From the human T2T-CHM13v2.0 reference genome, Homo sapiens: a stretch of 64,000 nt of DNA. Positions 40,301 to 53,200 of this stretch are shown here, piece by piece. The notes beneath the pieces were generated by a model. The model was not told the DNA's origin. It saw only the letters and a program-made list of their open reading frames with translations, and searched no databases. The translations under genes were made by a program, and so were the position numbers. Each line of letters starts with the position of its first letter. Position 1 is the first letter of the stretch. Where the stretch lies: NCBI RefSeq assembly GCF_009914755.1, contig NC_060938.1. One strand, given 5' to 3'.

Positions 40301-43300
40301 AAATGGAATGTTCAACTCTGTGACTTGAATGCAAATATCACAAAGAAGTTTCTGAGAATGCTTCTGTCTAGATTTTATATGAAGATATTCCCGTTTCCAA
40401 CGAAATCATTAAAACTATCCAAATATCCACTTTCAGATTCTACAAAAAGAGTGTTTCAAAACTGCTCTGTAAAAACAAAGGTTCAACTCTGTTAGTTGAG
40501 TACACACATCACAAACAAGTTTCTGAGAATGTTTCTGTCTAGTTTTAAAGAGAAGATATTTCCTTTTACACCGTACGCATCAAAGCACTCGAAATGTCCA
40601 CTTCCAGATACTACAAAAGGAGTGTATCAAACCTGCTCTATGAAAGGGAATGTTCAACTCTGTGACTTGAATGCAGACATCACAAAGCAGTTCCTGAGAA
40701 TACTTCTGTCTAGATTTTATAGGAAGATATTCCCGTTTCCAACGAAATGCTCAAAGCTATCCAAATATTCACTTGCAGATTCTACAAAAAGAGTGTTTCA
40801 AAACTGCTCTGTCAAAAGAAAGGTTCAACTCTGTTAGTTGAGTACACACATCACAAATAAGTTACTGAGAATGCTTCTGTCTAATTTTTATGGGAAGATA
40901 ATTCCTTTTTCACCATAGGCCGGAAAGAGCTTGAAATGTCCAGTTCCAGATACTGCAGAAAGAGTGTTTCAAACCTACTCTATGGAACGGAATGTTTGAC
41001 TCTGTGACTTGAATGCAAACATCAAAAAGAAGTTTATGAGAATGCTGCTGTTTACTTTTTATATGTATTCCCGTTTCCAATGAAATCCTCTAAGCTATCC
41101 AAATAAGCAATTGCAGATTCCACAAAAAGAGTGTTTCAAAACTGCTCTACCAATAGATAGGTTCAACTCTGTTTGTTGAGTACATACATCACAAACAAGT
41201 TTCTGAGAATGCTTCTGTCTAGTTTTTATGGGAAGATATTTCCTTTTTCACAATAGGCATCAAAACGCTCCAAATGTCCACTTCCAGATACTACAAAAAG
41301 AGTGTTTCAAACCTGCTCTATAAAAGGGAATGTTAAACTCTGTGACTTGAAAGCAGATATCACAAAGAAGTTTCTGAGAATGCTTCTGTCTAGATTTTAT
41401 ATGAAGATATTCCCGTTTCCTACGAAATCGTTAAAGCTATCCAAATATCCACTTGCAGATTATACAAAAAGAGTGTTTCAAAACTGCTCTGTCAAAAGAA
41501 AGGTTCAACACTGTTAGTTGAGTACACACATCACAAACAAGTTTCTGAGAATGCTTCTGTCTAGATTTTATGGGAAGATATTTCCTTTTTCACCATAGGC
41601 ATCAAAGCGCTCCAAATGTCCACTTCCACATACTACAAAATGAGTGTTTCAAACCTGCTCTATGAAAGGGAATGTTCAACTCTGTGACTTGAATGCCGAC
41701 ATCACAAATCAGTTTCTGAGAATGCTTCTGTCTAGATTTTATATGAAGATAATGCCGTTACCAATGAAATCCTCAAAGCTATCCAAATATCCACTTGCAG
41801 ATTCTACAAAAAGAGTGTGTCAAAACTGCTCGGTCAAAAGAAAGGTTCAATTCTGTTAGTTGAGTACACACATCACAAACAAGTTTCTCAGAATGCTTCT
41901 GTCTAGTTTTTATGGGAAGATATTATCTTTTTCACCATAGGCCACAAAGCGCTCGAAAGGTCCAATTCCACATACTACCAAAAGAGTGTTTCAAACCTGC
42001 TCTATGAAAGGGAAAGTTCAACACTATGAGTTGAATGCAAACATCACAAAGAAGTTTTTGAGAATGATTCCTTCTAGATTTTATATGAAGATATTCCTGT
42101 TTCCAATGAAATCTTCAAAGCTATCCAAATATCCACTTACAGATTCTACAAAAAGAATGTTTCCAAACTGCTGTATCAAAAAAAAGCTTCAACACTGTTA
42201 GTTGAGGACACACATCACAAATAAGTTTCTGAGAATTCTTCTGTCTAGTTTTTATGGGAAGATATTTCCTTTTTCACCATAGGCCTGAAAGCGCTCGAAA
42301 TGTCCACTTCCAGAACTACAGAAAGAGTGTCTCAAACCTCCTCTATGAAAAGGAATGTTTGACTCAGTGACTTGAATGCAAACATCACAAAGAAGTTTAT
42401 GAGAATGCTGCTGTCTACTTTTTGTATATATTCCCGTTTCCAACAAAATCGTCAAAGCTATCCAAATATCCACTTGCAGATTCCACAAAAAGAGTGTTTC
42501 AAAACTGCTCTATCAAAAGATAGGTTCAACTCTGTTAGTTGAGTACATACATCACAAACAAGTTTCTGAGAATGCTTGTGTCTAGTTTTTATGGGAAGAT
42601 ATTCCTTTTTAATCATAGGCCTAAATGCGCTCTAAATGTCCACTCCCAGATACTACAAAAAGAGTGTTTCAAACCTGCTCTGTGAAACGGATTGTTTAAC
42701 TCTGTGACTTGAATGCAAATATCACAAACATATTTCTCAGAATGCTTCTGTCTAGATTTTATATGAAGATATTCCGGTTTCCAGCGAAATCCTCAAATCT
42801 ATACAAATATCCACTTGCAGATTCTACAAAAAGAGTGTTTCAAAAATCCTCTGTAAAAAGAAAGGTTCAACTCTGTTAGTTGAGTGCACACATCACAAAC
42901 AAGTCTCTGAGAATGCTTCTGTCTACTTTTTATGGGAAGATATTTCCTTTTTCACCATAGGCCTCAAAACGCTCCAAATGTCCACTTCCAGATACTACAA
43001 AAAGGGTGTTTCAAACCTGCTCTATGAAAGGGAATGTTCAACTCTGTGCTTGAATGCAGACATCACAAAGCAGTTTCTGAGAATGCTTCTGTCTAGATTA
43101 TGTATGAAGATATTCCCGTTTCCTATGAAATCCTCAAATGTATCCAAATATCCACTTGCAGATTCTACAAAAAGAGTGTTTCAAAACTGTTCTCTCAAAA
43201 GAAAGGTTCAACTCTATTAGTTGAGTACACACATCACAAACAAGGTTCTGAGAATGCTTCCATCTAGATTTTATTGGAAGATATTTCCTTTTTCACCATA

Positions 43301-44580
43301 GGACTCAAAGCGCTCGAAATGTCCAATTCCAGATACTACAAAAAGAGTGTTTCAAACCTGCTCTGTGAAAGGGAAGGTTCAACTCTATGAGTTGAATGCA
43401 AACATCACAAAGCAGTTTCTGAGAATGCTTCTGTGTAGATTTTATATGAGGATATTCCCGTTTCCAATGAAATCTTCAAATCTATCAAATATCCTTTTGC
43501 ACATTATGCAAAAAGAGTGTTTCCAAACTGCTGTATCAAAAGAAAGGCTCAGCTCTGTTACTTCAGGACTCACATCACAAATAAGTTTCTGAGAATGCTT
43601 CTGTCTAGTTTTTATGGGAAGAAAATTCCATTTTCACCATAGGCCTGAAAGCGCTCGAAATGTCCACTTCCAGATACTACAGAGAGTGTTTCAAACCTGC
43701 TCTATGAAAGGCTATGTTCAACTCTGTGAGTTGAATGCAGACATCACAAAGAAGTTTCTGAGAATGCTTCGGTCTAGCTTTTATACGAAGATATTCATGT
43801 TTCCAATGAAATCCTTAAAGTTATCCAAATATCCACATGCAGATTCTACAAAAAGAGTGTTTCAAAACTGCCCTGTAAAAAGAAAGGTTCAATTCTGTTA
43901 GTTGAGTACACACATCACAAACAACTATCTAAGAATGCTTCTCTCTAATTTTTATAGGAAGATATTCCCTTTTTCACCATAGGCATCACAGCGCTCCAAA
44001 TTTCCACTTCCAGAAACTACAAAAAGAGTGTTTCAAACCTGCTCTATGAAAGGGAATGTTCAACTCTGTGACTTGAATGCTAAGATCACAAAGCAGTTTC
44101 TGAGAATGCTTCTGTCTAGATTTTATATGAAGATATTCCCGTTTCCAACGAAATCCTCAAATCTATCCAAATATCCACTTGCAGATTCTACAAAAACAGT
44201 GTTTCCAAACTGCTGTATCAAAAGAAAGATTCTACTCTGTTAGTTGAGGACACACATCACAAATAAGTTTCTGAGAATGCTTCTGTCTAGTTTATATGGA
44301 AAGATATTTCCTTTTTCACCATAGGCCTGAAAGCACTCGAAATGTCCACTTCCAGATTCTACAGAAAGAGTGTTTCAATCATGCTCTATGAAAGGGAATG
44401 TTCAACTCTGTGACTTGAATGCAAACATCACAAAGAACTTTCTGAGAATGCTGCTGTCTACTTTTCATATGTATTCCCGTTTCCAAAGAAATCCTCAAAG
44501 CTATCAAAATATCCACTTGCAGATTCTACAAAAAGAGTGTTTCAAAACTGCTCTGTCAAAAGAAAGGTACAACTCTGTTA
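37319..44580 (-). repeat. Alpha satellite, divergent SF2-like dimeric layer with irregular higher-order structure
   Basis: 342-bp period (40154, 40496; 41302, 41644, 41986); recurrent 4-bp-short B monomer (TTTTATATGTATTCCC). Confidence 0.92.
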
Positions 44581-45240
44581 GGTAAGTACACACATCACAA
44601 AGTACTTTCTGAGAATACTTCTGTCTAGTTCTTATGGGAAGATATTTCCTTTTTCACCATAGGCCTCAAAGCGCTCCAAGTTTCCACTTAAACAGATTAT
44701 ACAAAAACAGTGTTTCAAAGCAGCTCTATGAAACGGAATGTTCAACGCTGTGAGTTGAATGCAAACTTCATAAAGAGGTTTCTGAGATGCTTCTGTCTAG
44801 TTTTTACGTGAAGATATTCCCGTTTCCAATGTAAGCCTCAAAGCTATATAAATAACCACTTGCAGATCATACAAAAAGAGTATTCCAAACTGCTGTATCA
44901 AAAGAAAGATTCAATCTGTGAGTTGACCACACACATCACAAAGAAGTTTCTGAGAATGCTTCTGTCTAGTTTTTATGTGAGGGTACTACCTTTTTCACCA
45001 TAGGCCTCGAAGCAGTCCAAGTGTCCACTTCCATCTACTACAAAATGAGTGTTTCAGAACTGCTGTATGAAAGGGAATGTTCAACTCTGTGAGTTAAATG
45101 CAAACAACACAAAGAAGTTTCAGAGAATGCTTCTGCCTAGTTTTTATGTGAAGATATTCCCGTTTCCAACAAAATCCTCAAAGCTAGCCAAATATCCACT
45201 TGCAGACTCTACAAAAAGAATGTTTGAAAACTGCTCTATC
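44581..45240 (-). repeat. Island of about 4 relic-type monomers matching the 23.4-26.5 kb block
   Basis: CAAAGTACTTTC, CCAAGTTTCCACTTA, GCAAACTTCATAAAG, AAATAACCAC, GGCCTCGAAGCA in the same order as in the edge block. Confidence 0.8.
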
Positions 45241-48200
45241 AAAAGAAAAGTTCAACTCTCTTAGTTGAGTAAACACATCACAAACAAGTTTCACAGAATG
45301 CTTCTTTCTCGCTTCTAGGGGAAGATATTTCCTTTATCACCATGGGCCTCAAAACGTTCGAAACATCCACTTCCATATACTACAAAAAGAGCGTTTCAAA
45401 CCTGCTCTATGAAAGGCAATGTTCAACTCTGTGACTTGAATGCAGACATCACAAAGCAGTTTCTGAGAATGCTTCTGTCTAGATTTTATATGAAGATATT
45501 CCCATTTCCAATGAAATCTTCAAAGATATCCAAATATCCAATTGCAGATTCTACAAAAAGAGTGTATCAAAACTGTTGTGTCAAAAGGAAGGTTCAACTC
45601 TGTTAGTTGTGTACATACATCATAAAGAAGTTTCTGAGAATGTTTCTGTCTAGTGTTTATGGGAAGATATTTGCTTTTTCACCAGAGTTCTCAAAGCGCT
45701 CCAAATGTCCACTTCCACATACAACAAAAAGAGTGTTTCAAAACTGCTCTATGAAAGGGAGTGTTCAACACTAAGAGTTGAATGCAAACATCACAAACCA
45801 GTTTCTGAGAATGCTTCTGTCTAGATTTTTTATGAAGATATTCCCATTTCCAACGAAATCTTCAAAGCTATCCAAATATCCACTTGCAGATTCAACAAAA
45901 AGAGTGTTTCCAAACTGCTTTATCAAAACTAAGGCTCAACTCGGTTAGTTGAGTACACGCATCACAAACAAGTTTCTGAAATAGCTTCTGTCTAGATTTT
46001 AGGGGAAGATATTTCCTTTTTCACCATGGCCCTCAAAACATTCGAATCGTCCACTTCCATATACTACAAAAAGAGCGTTTCAAACCTGCTCTATGAAAGA
46101 GAATGTTCAACTCTGTGACTTGAATGCAGACATCACAAAGCAGTTTCTGAGAATGCTTCTGTCTAGATTTATACGAAGATACTACCGTTTCCCACGAAAT
46201 CTTCACAGCTATCCAAATATCCACTTACAGATTCTATAAAAAGAGGGTATAAAAACTGTCCTGTCAAAAGGAAGTTTCAACTCTGTCATTTGAGTATATA
46301 CATCATAAAGAAGTTCCTCAGAATGTTTCTGTCTAGTGTTTATGGGAAGATATTTGCTTTTTCACCATAGACATCAAAGTGCTCCAAATGTCCACTTGCA
46401 CATACTACGAAAAGAGTGCTTCAAAGCTGCTCTCTGAAAGGGAATGGTCAACTCCATGAGTTGAATGCAAACGTCACAAAGAAGTTTCTGAGCATGCTTC
46501 TGTCTAGATTTTATATGAAGATGTTCCCGTTTCCAAGGAAATCTTCAAATCTATCCAAATATCCACTAGCAGATTCTATAAAAAGTGTTTTTCAAAACTG
46601 CTCTATCAAAAGAGAGATCCACCTCTGTTTGTTGAGTTCTCACGTCACAAACAAGTCTATGAGAATGCTTCTGTCTACTTTATATTTGAAGATATTTCCT
46701 TTATCATGATACGCCTGAAAGCTCTCGAACTGTACACTTCCAGATACTACAGAAAGAGTGTTTCAAACCTGCTCTATGAAAAGGAATGTTCAACTCTGTG
46801 ACTTGAATGCACACGTCACAAAGAAGTTTCTGAGAATGCTGCTGTCTACTTTTTATATGTAAACCCGTTTCCAACGAAATCCTCCAAGCTATCCAAATAT
46901 CCACTTGCAAATTCCACAAAAATACTGTCTCAAAACTGCTCTGTCAATAGAAATGTTCCACTCTCATAGCTGCGTACATACATCCCAAAGAAGAATCTGA
47001 GATTACTTCTGTCTAGTTTTATGGGAAGATATTTCCTTTTCACCATAGGTGTCAAAGCGCTCCAAATGTCCACTTCCAGATACTACAAAAAGAGTGGTTC
47101 AAACCTGCTCTGTGAAAGGGAATATTCAACTCTGTGACTTCAATGCAGATATCACAAAGAAATTTCTCAGAATGCCTCTGTCTAGATTTAATATGAAGAT
47201 ATTCCCGTTTCCAACGAAAGTGTTAAATCCATCCAAATATCCACTCGCAGATTCTACAAAAAGAGTGTTTCAAAACTGCTGTTTAAAAAGAAAGTTTCAA
47301 CTCTCTTAGTTGAGTACACACATCACAAACAAGTTTCTCACAATGCTTCTGTCTAGCTTTTAGGGGAAGATATTTCCTTTATCACCAGGGGCCTCAAAGT
47401 GTTCAAAACGTCCACTTCCATATGCTACAAAAAGAGCGTTTCAAACCTACTCTATGAAAGAGAATGTTCAACTCTGTGACTTCAATGCAGACATCACAAA
47501 GCAGTTTCTCAGAATGCTACTGTCTAGATTTTACAGGAAGATATTACCGTTTCCAACGAAATCTTCACAGCTATCCAAATATCCACTTACAGATTCTATA
47601 AAAAGAGTGTATCAAAACTGCTCCATCAAAGGGAAGGTTCAACCCTGTTAATTGAATACATACGTCATAAAGAAGTTTCTGAAAATCTTTCTGTCTGCTG
47701 TTTATGGGAAGATAATTGCTTTTTCACCGTAGGCCTCAAAGTGCTCCAAATGTCCACTACCACATACTACAAAAAGAATGCTTCAAAGCTGCTCTCTGAA
47801 AGGGAATGTTCAAATCTATCAGTTGAAGGCAAACATCACAAAGATGTTTCTGAGAATGCTTCTGTCTAGAATTTATATGAAGATATTCCCGTTTCCAAAG
47901 AAATCTTCCCTACTATCCAAATATCCACTTGCAGATTCTTCAAAAAGAGTGTATCAAAACTGCTCTGTCAAAAGGAAGGTTCAACTCTGTTAGTTGAGAA
48001 CATACATCATAAAGAAGTTTCTGAGAATGTATCTGTCTAGTGTTTATGGGAAGATATTTGCTTTCTCACCGTAGGCCACAAAGCGCTCCAAATGTCCACC
48101 TACACATACAGCAAAAAGAGTGCTTCAAAGCTGCTCTCTGAAAGGGAATGTTCAGCTCTATGAGTTGAATGCAAACATCACAAAGACGTTTCTGAGAATG

Positions 48201-50200
48201 CTTCTGTCTAGATTTTATACGAAGATATTCCCGTTTCCAACGAAATCTTCAAATCTATCCAAATATCCACTTTCAGATTCTACAAAAAGTGTTTTTCAAA
48301 ACTACTATATCAAAAGAAATATCCACCTCTGTTAGCTGAGTTCACACATCACAAACAATTTTATGAGAATGCTTCTGTCTAGTTTTTATTTGAAGATATT
48401 TCCTTTCTCACCATAGGCCTGAAAGCTCTCGAAATGTTCACTTCCAGATACTACAGAAAGAGTGTTTCAAACCTGTTCTACAAAAGGGAATGTTCAACTC
48501 TGTGACTTGAATGCACACATCACAAAGAAGTTTCTGAGAATGCTGCTGTCTACTTTTTATTTGTAATCCCGTTTCCAATGAAATCCTCCCAGCTATCCAA
48601 ATATCCACTTGCAGATACCACAAAAAGAGGGTTTCAAAACTGCTGTGTGAATACAAAGGTTCAACTCTGTTAGCTGCGTGCATACAACCCAGAGAAGTTT
48701 CTCAGATTGCTTCTGTCTAGTTTTTATGGGAAGATATTTCCTTTTTCACCATAGGTGTCAAAGTGCTCCAAATGTCCACTTCCAGATACTACAAAAAGAG
48801 TGTTTCAAACCTGCTCTGTGATAGGTAGTATTCAACTCTGTGACTTCAATGCAGATATCACAAAGAAGTTTCTGAGAATGCTTCTTTCGAGATTTTATAT
48901 GAAGTTATTCCCGTTTCCAACGAAATCCTGAAACCTATGCAAATATCCCCTCGCAGATTCTACAAAAAGAGTTTTCCAAAACAGCTCTGTAAAAAGAAAG
49001 GTTCACCGCTGTTAGTTGAATACACACATCACAAACTAGTTTCTCAGAATGCTTCTTTCTACGTTGTAGGGGAAGATTTTTAAGAAGTTTCTGAGAATGC
49101 TTCTGTCGAGATTTTATATGAAGTTATTCCCGTTTCCAACGAAATCCAGAAACCTATGCAAATATCCCCTCGCAGATTCTACAAAAAGAGTTTTCCAAAA
49201 CAGCTCTGTAAAAAGAAAGATTCACCGCTGTTAGTTGAATACACACATCACAAACTAGTTTCTCAGAATGCTTCTTTCTACCTTGTAGGGGAAGATTTTT
49301 GCATTATCACCATGGCTCTCAAACACTTAGAAACGTCCACTTCCATATATACAAAGAGAGAGTTTCAAACCTGCTGTATCAAAGGGAATGTACAACTCTG
49401 TGACTTGAATGCAGACATCACAAAGCAGTTTCTGAGAATGCTTCTGTCTAGAATTTCTATGAATATATTCCCGTTTCCAACGAAAACTTCAAGTCTATCC
49501 AAATATCCACTTGCAGATTCTACAAAAAGTGTTTCTCATAACTGCCGTATCAAAAAAAGATCCACCTCCGTTAGTTGAGTTCACACATCACAAACAAGTT
49601 TATGAGAATGCTTCTGTCTAGTTTTTATTTGAAGATATTTCCTTTCTCACCATAGACCTGAATGCTCTTGTAATGTTCACTTCCAGATACTACAGAAAGA
49701 GTGTTTCAAACCTGCTGTACGAAAGGGAAAGTTGAACTCTGTGACTTGAATGCACACATCACAAAGAAGTTTCTGAGAATGCTGCTGTCTAACTTTTATA
49801 TGTAATTCCGTTTCCAACGAAATCCTCCAAGCTATCCAAATATCCACTTGCAGATTCCACAAAAAGAGGTTTTAAAAACTACTCTCTCAATACAAAGATT
49901 CAACTCTGTTAGCTGCGTGCATATGTCTCAAAGAAGATTCTGAGATTGCTTCTGTCTAGTTTTTAGGGGAAGATATTTCCTTTTTCACAATAGGCGTCAA
50001 AGCGATCCAAATGTCCACTTCCAGATACTACAAAAAGAGTGTTTCAAACCTACTCTGTGAAAGGGAGTATTCAAGTCTGTGACTTCAATGCAGATATCAC
50101 AATGAAGTTTCTGAGAATGCTTCGGTCTTCTGTCGAGATTTTATATGAAGATATTCCCGTTTCCAACGAAATCCTGAAATCTATCCAAATATCCCCTCGC
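45240..50200 (-). repeat. Divergent, rearranged copies of the 8-mer HOR
   Basis: HOR-specific monomers appear (TAGGGGAAGAT, GTGCTTCAAAGCTGCTCTCTG, GATCCACCTC, TAGCTGCGT) with many substitutions and indels. Confidence 0.88.
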
Positions 50201-53200
50201 AGATTCTACAAAAAGAGTGTTTCAAAACTGCTCTGTAAAAAGAAAGGTTCAACTCTGTTAGTTGAGTACACACAGCACAAACAAGTTTCACAGAATGCTT
50301 CTTTCTAGCTTGTAGGGGAAGATATTCCCTTTATCACCATGGGCCTCAAACCGTCTGAAACGTCCACTTCCATATACTACAAAAAGAGTGTTTGAAACCT
50401 CCTCTATGAAAGGCAATGTTCAACTCTGTGACTTGAATGCAGACATCACAGAGCAGTTTCTGAGAATGCTTCTGTCTAGATTTTATAGGAAGATATTCCC
50501 GTTTCCAACGAAATCTTCACAGCTATCCAAATATCCACTTGCAGATTCTACAAAAAGAGTGTATCAAAACTGCTCTGTCAAAAGGAAGGTTTTTCTCTGT
50601 TAGTTGAGTACATACGTCATAAAGGAGTTTCTGAGAATGTTTCTGTCTAGTGGTTACGGGAAGATATTTGCTTTTTCCCCGTAGGCCTCAGAGCGCTCCA
50701 AATATCCACTTGCACATAATACAAAAAGAGTGCTTCAAAGCTGCTCTCTGAAAGGGAATGTTCAACTCTATGAGTTGAATGCAAACATCACAAAGACGTT
50801 TCTGAGAATGCTTGTGTCTAGATTTGATATGAAGATATTCCCGTTTCCAACGAAATCTTCAAATCTATCCAAATGTCCACTTGCAGATTCAACAAAAAGT
50901 GTTTTTCAGAACTGCTCTATCAAAAGAAAGATCCACCTCTGTTAGCTGAGTTCACACATCACAAACAAGTTTATGAGAATGCTTCTGTCTAGTTTTTATT
51001 TGAAGATATTTCCTTTCTCACCATAGAGCTGAAAGCTGTCCTAATGTTCACTTCCAGATACTACAGAAAGAGTGTTTCAAAACTGCTGTACGAAAGGGAA
51101 TGTTCAACTCTGTGACTTGAATGCACACATCACAAAGAAGTTTCTGAGGATGCTGCTGTCTACTTTTTATACGTAATCCCGTTTCCAGCGAAATCCTCCA
51201 ATCTATCCAAATATCCACTTGCAGATTCCACAGAAAGACTGTTTCAAAACTGCTCTGTCAATAGAAAGGTTCAACTCTGTTAGCTGCGTGCATATATCCC
51301 AAAGAAGATTCTGAGATTGCTTCTGTCTAGTATTTATGAGAAGATATTTCCCTTTTCACCGTAGGTGTCAAGGCGCTCCAAATGTCCACTTCCGGATACT
51401 ACAAAAAGAGTGTTTCAAACCTACTCTGTGAAAGGGAATATTCAACTCTGTGACTTGAATGGAGATATCACAAAGAAGTTTCTGAGAATGCTTCTGTCGA
51501 GATTTTATATGAAGATATTCCCGTTTCCAACGAAATCCTGAAATCTATCCAAATATCCCCTCGCAGATTCTACAAAAAGAGTGTTTCAAAACTGCTCTGT
51601 AAAAAGAAAGGTTCAACTCTGTTAGTTGAGTACACACAGCACAAACAAGTTTCACAGAATGCTTCTTTCTAGCTTGTAGGGGAAGATATTCCCTTTATCA
51701 CCATGGGCCTCAAACCGTCCGAAACGTCCACTTCCATATACTACAAAAAGAGCGTTTCAAACCTGCTCTATGAAAGGCAATGTTCAACTCTGTGACTTGA
51801 ATGCAGACATCACAGAGCAGTTTCTGAGAATGCTTCTGTCTAGATTTTATAGGAAGATATTCCCGTTTCCAACGAAATCTTCACAGCTATCCAAATATCC
51901 ACTTGCAGATTCTACAAAAAGAGTGTATCAAAACTGCTCTGTCAAAAGGAAGGTTCTTCTCTGTTAGTTGAGTACATACGTCATAAAGGAGTTTCTGAGA
52001 ATGTTTCTGTCTAGTGGTTACGGGAAGATATTTGCTTTTTCACCGTAGGCCTCAGAGCGCTCCAAATATCCACTTGCACATACTACAAAAAGAGTGCTTC
52101 AAAGCTGCTCTCTGAAAGGGAATGTTCAACTCTATGAGTTGAATGCAAACATCACAAAGACGTTTCTGAGAATGCTTCTGTCTAGATTTGATATGAAGAT
52201 ATTCCCGTTTCCAACGAAATCTTCAAATCTATCCAAATGTCCACTTGCAGATTCAACAAAAAGTGTTTTTCAGAACTGCTCTATCAAAAGAAAGATCCAC
52301 CTCTGTTAACTGAGTTCACACATCACAAACAAGTTTATGAGAATGCTTCTGTCTAGTTTTTATTTGAAGATATTTCCTTTCTCACCATAGACCTGAAAGC
52401 TGTCCTAATGTTCACTTCCAGATACTACAGAAAGAGTGTTTCAAAACTGCTGTACGAAAGGGAATGTTCAACTCTGTGACTTGAATGCACACATCACAAA
52501 GAAGTTTCTGAGGATGCTGCTGTCTACTTTTTATACGTAATCCCGTTTCCAGCGAAATCCTCCAATCTATCCAAATATCCACTTGCAGATTCCACAGAAA
52601 GACTGTTTCAAAACTGCTCTGTCAATAGAAAGGTTCAACTCTGTTAGCTGCATGCATATATCCCAAAGAAGATTCGGAGATTGCTTCTGTCTAGTTTTTA
52701 TGGGAAGATATTTCCCTTTTCACCATAGGTGTCAAGGCGCTCCAAATGTCCACTTCCAGATACTACAAAAAGAGTGTTTCAAACCTACTCTGTGAAAGGG
52801 AATATTCAACTCTGTGACTTGAATGCAGATATCACAAAGAAGTTTCTGAGAATGCTTCTGTCGAGATTTTATAGGAAGATATTTTCGTTTCCAACGAAAT
52901 CTTCACAGCTATCCAAATATCCACTTGCAGTTTCTACAAAAAGAGTGTATCAAAACTGCTCTGTCAAAAGGAAGGTTCTTCTCTGTTAGTTGAGTACATA
53001 CGTCATAAAGGAGTTTCTGAGAATGTTTCTGTCTAGTGGTTATGGGAAGATATTTGCTTTTTCACCGTAGACCTGAGAGCGCTCCAAATATCCACTTGCA
53101 CATACTACAAAAAGAGTGCTTCAAAGCTGCTCTCTGAAAGGGAATGTTCAACTCTATGTGTTGAATGCAAACATCACAAAGACGTTTCTGAGAATGCTTC

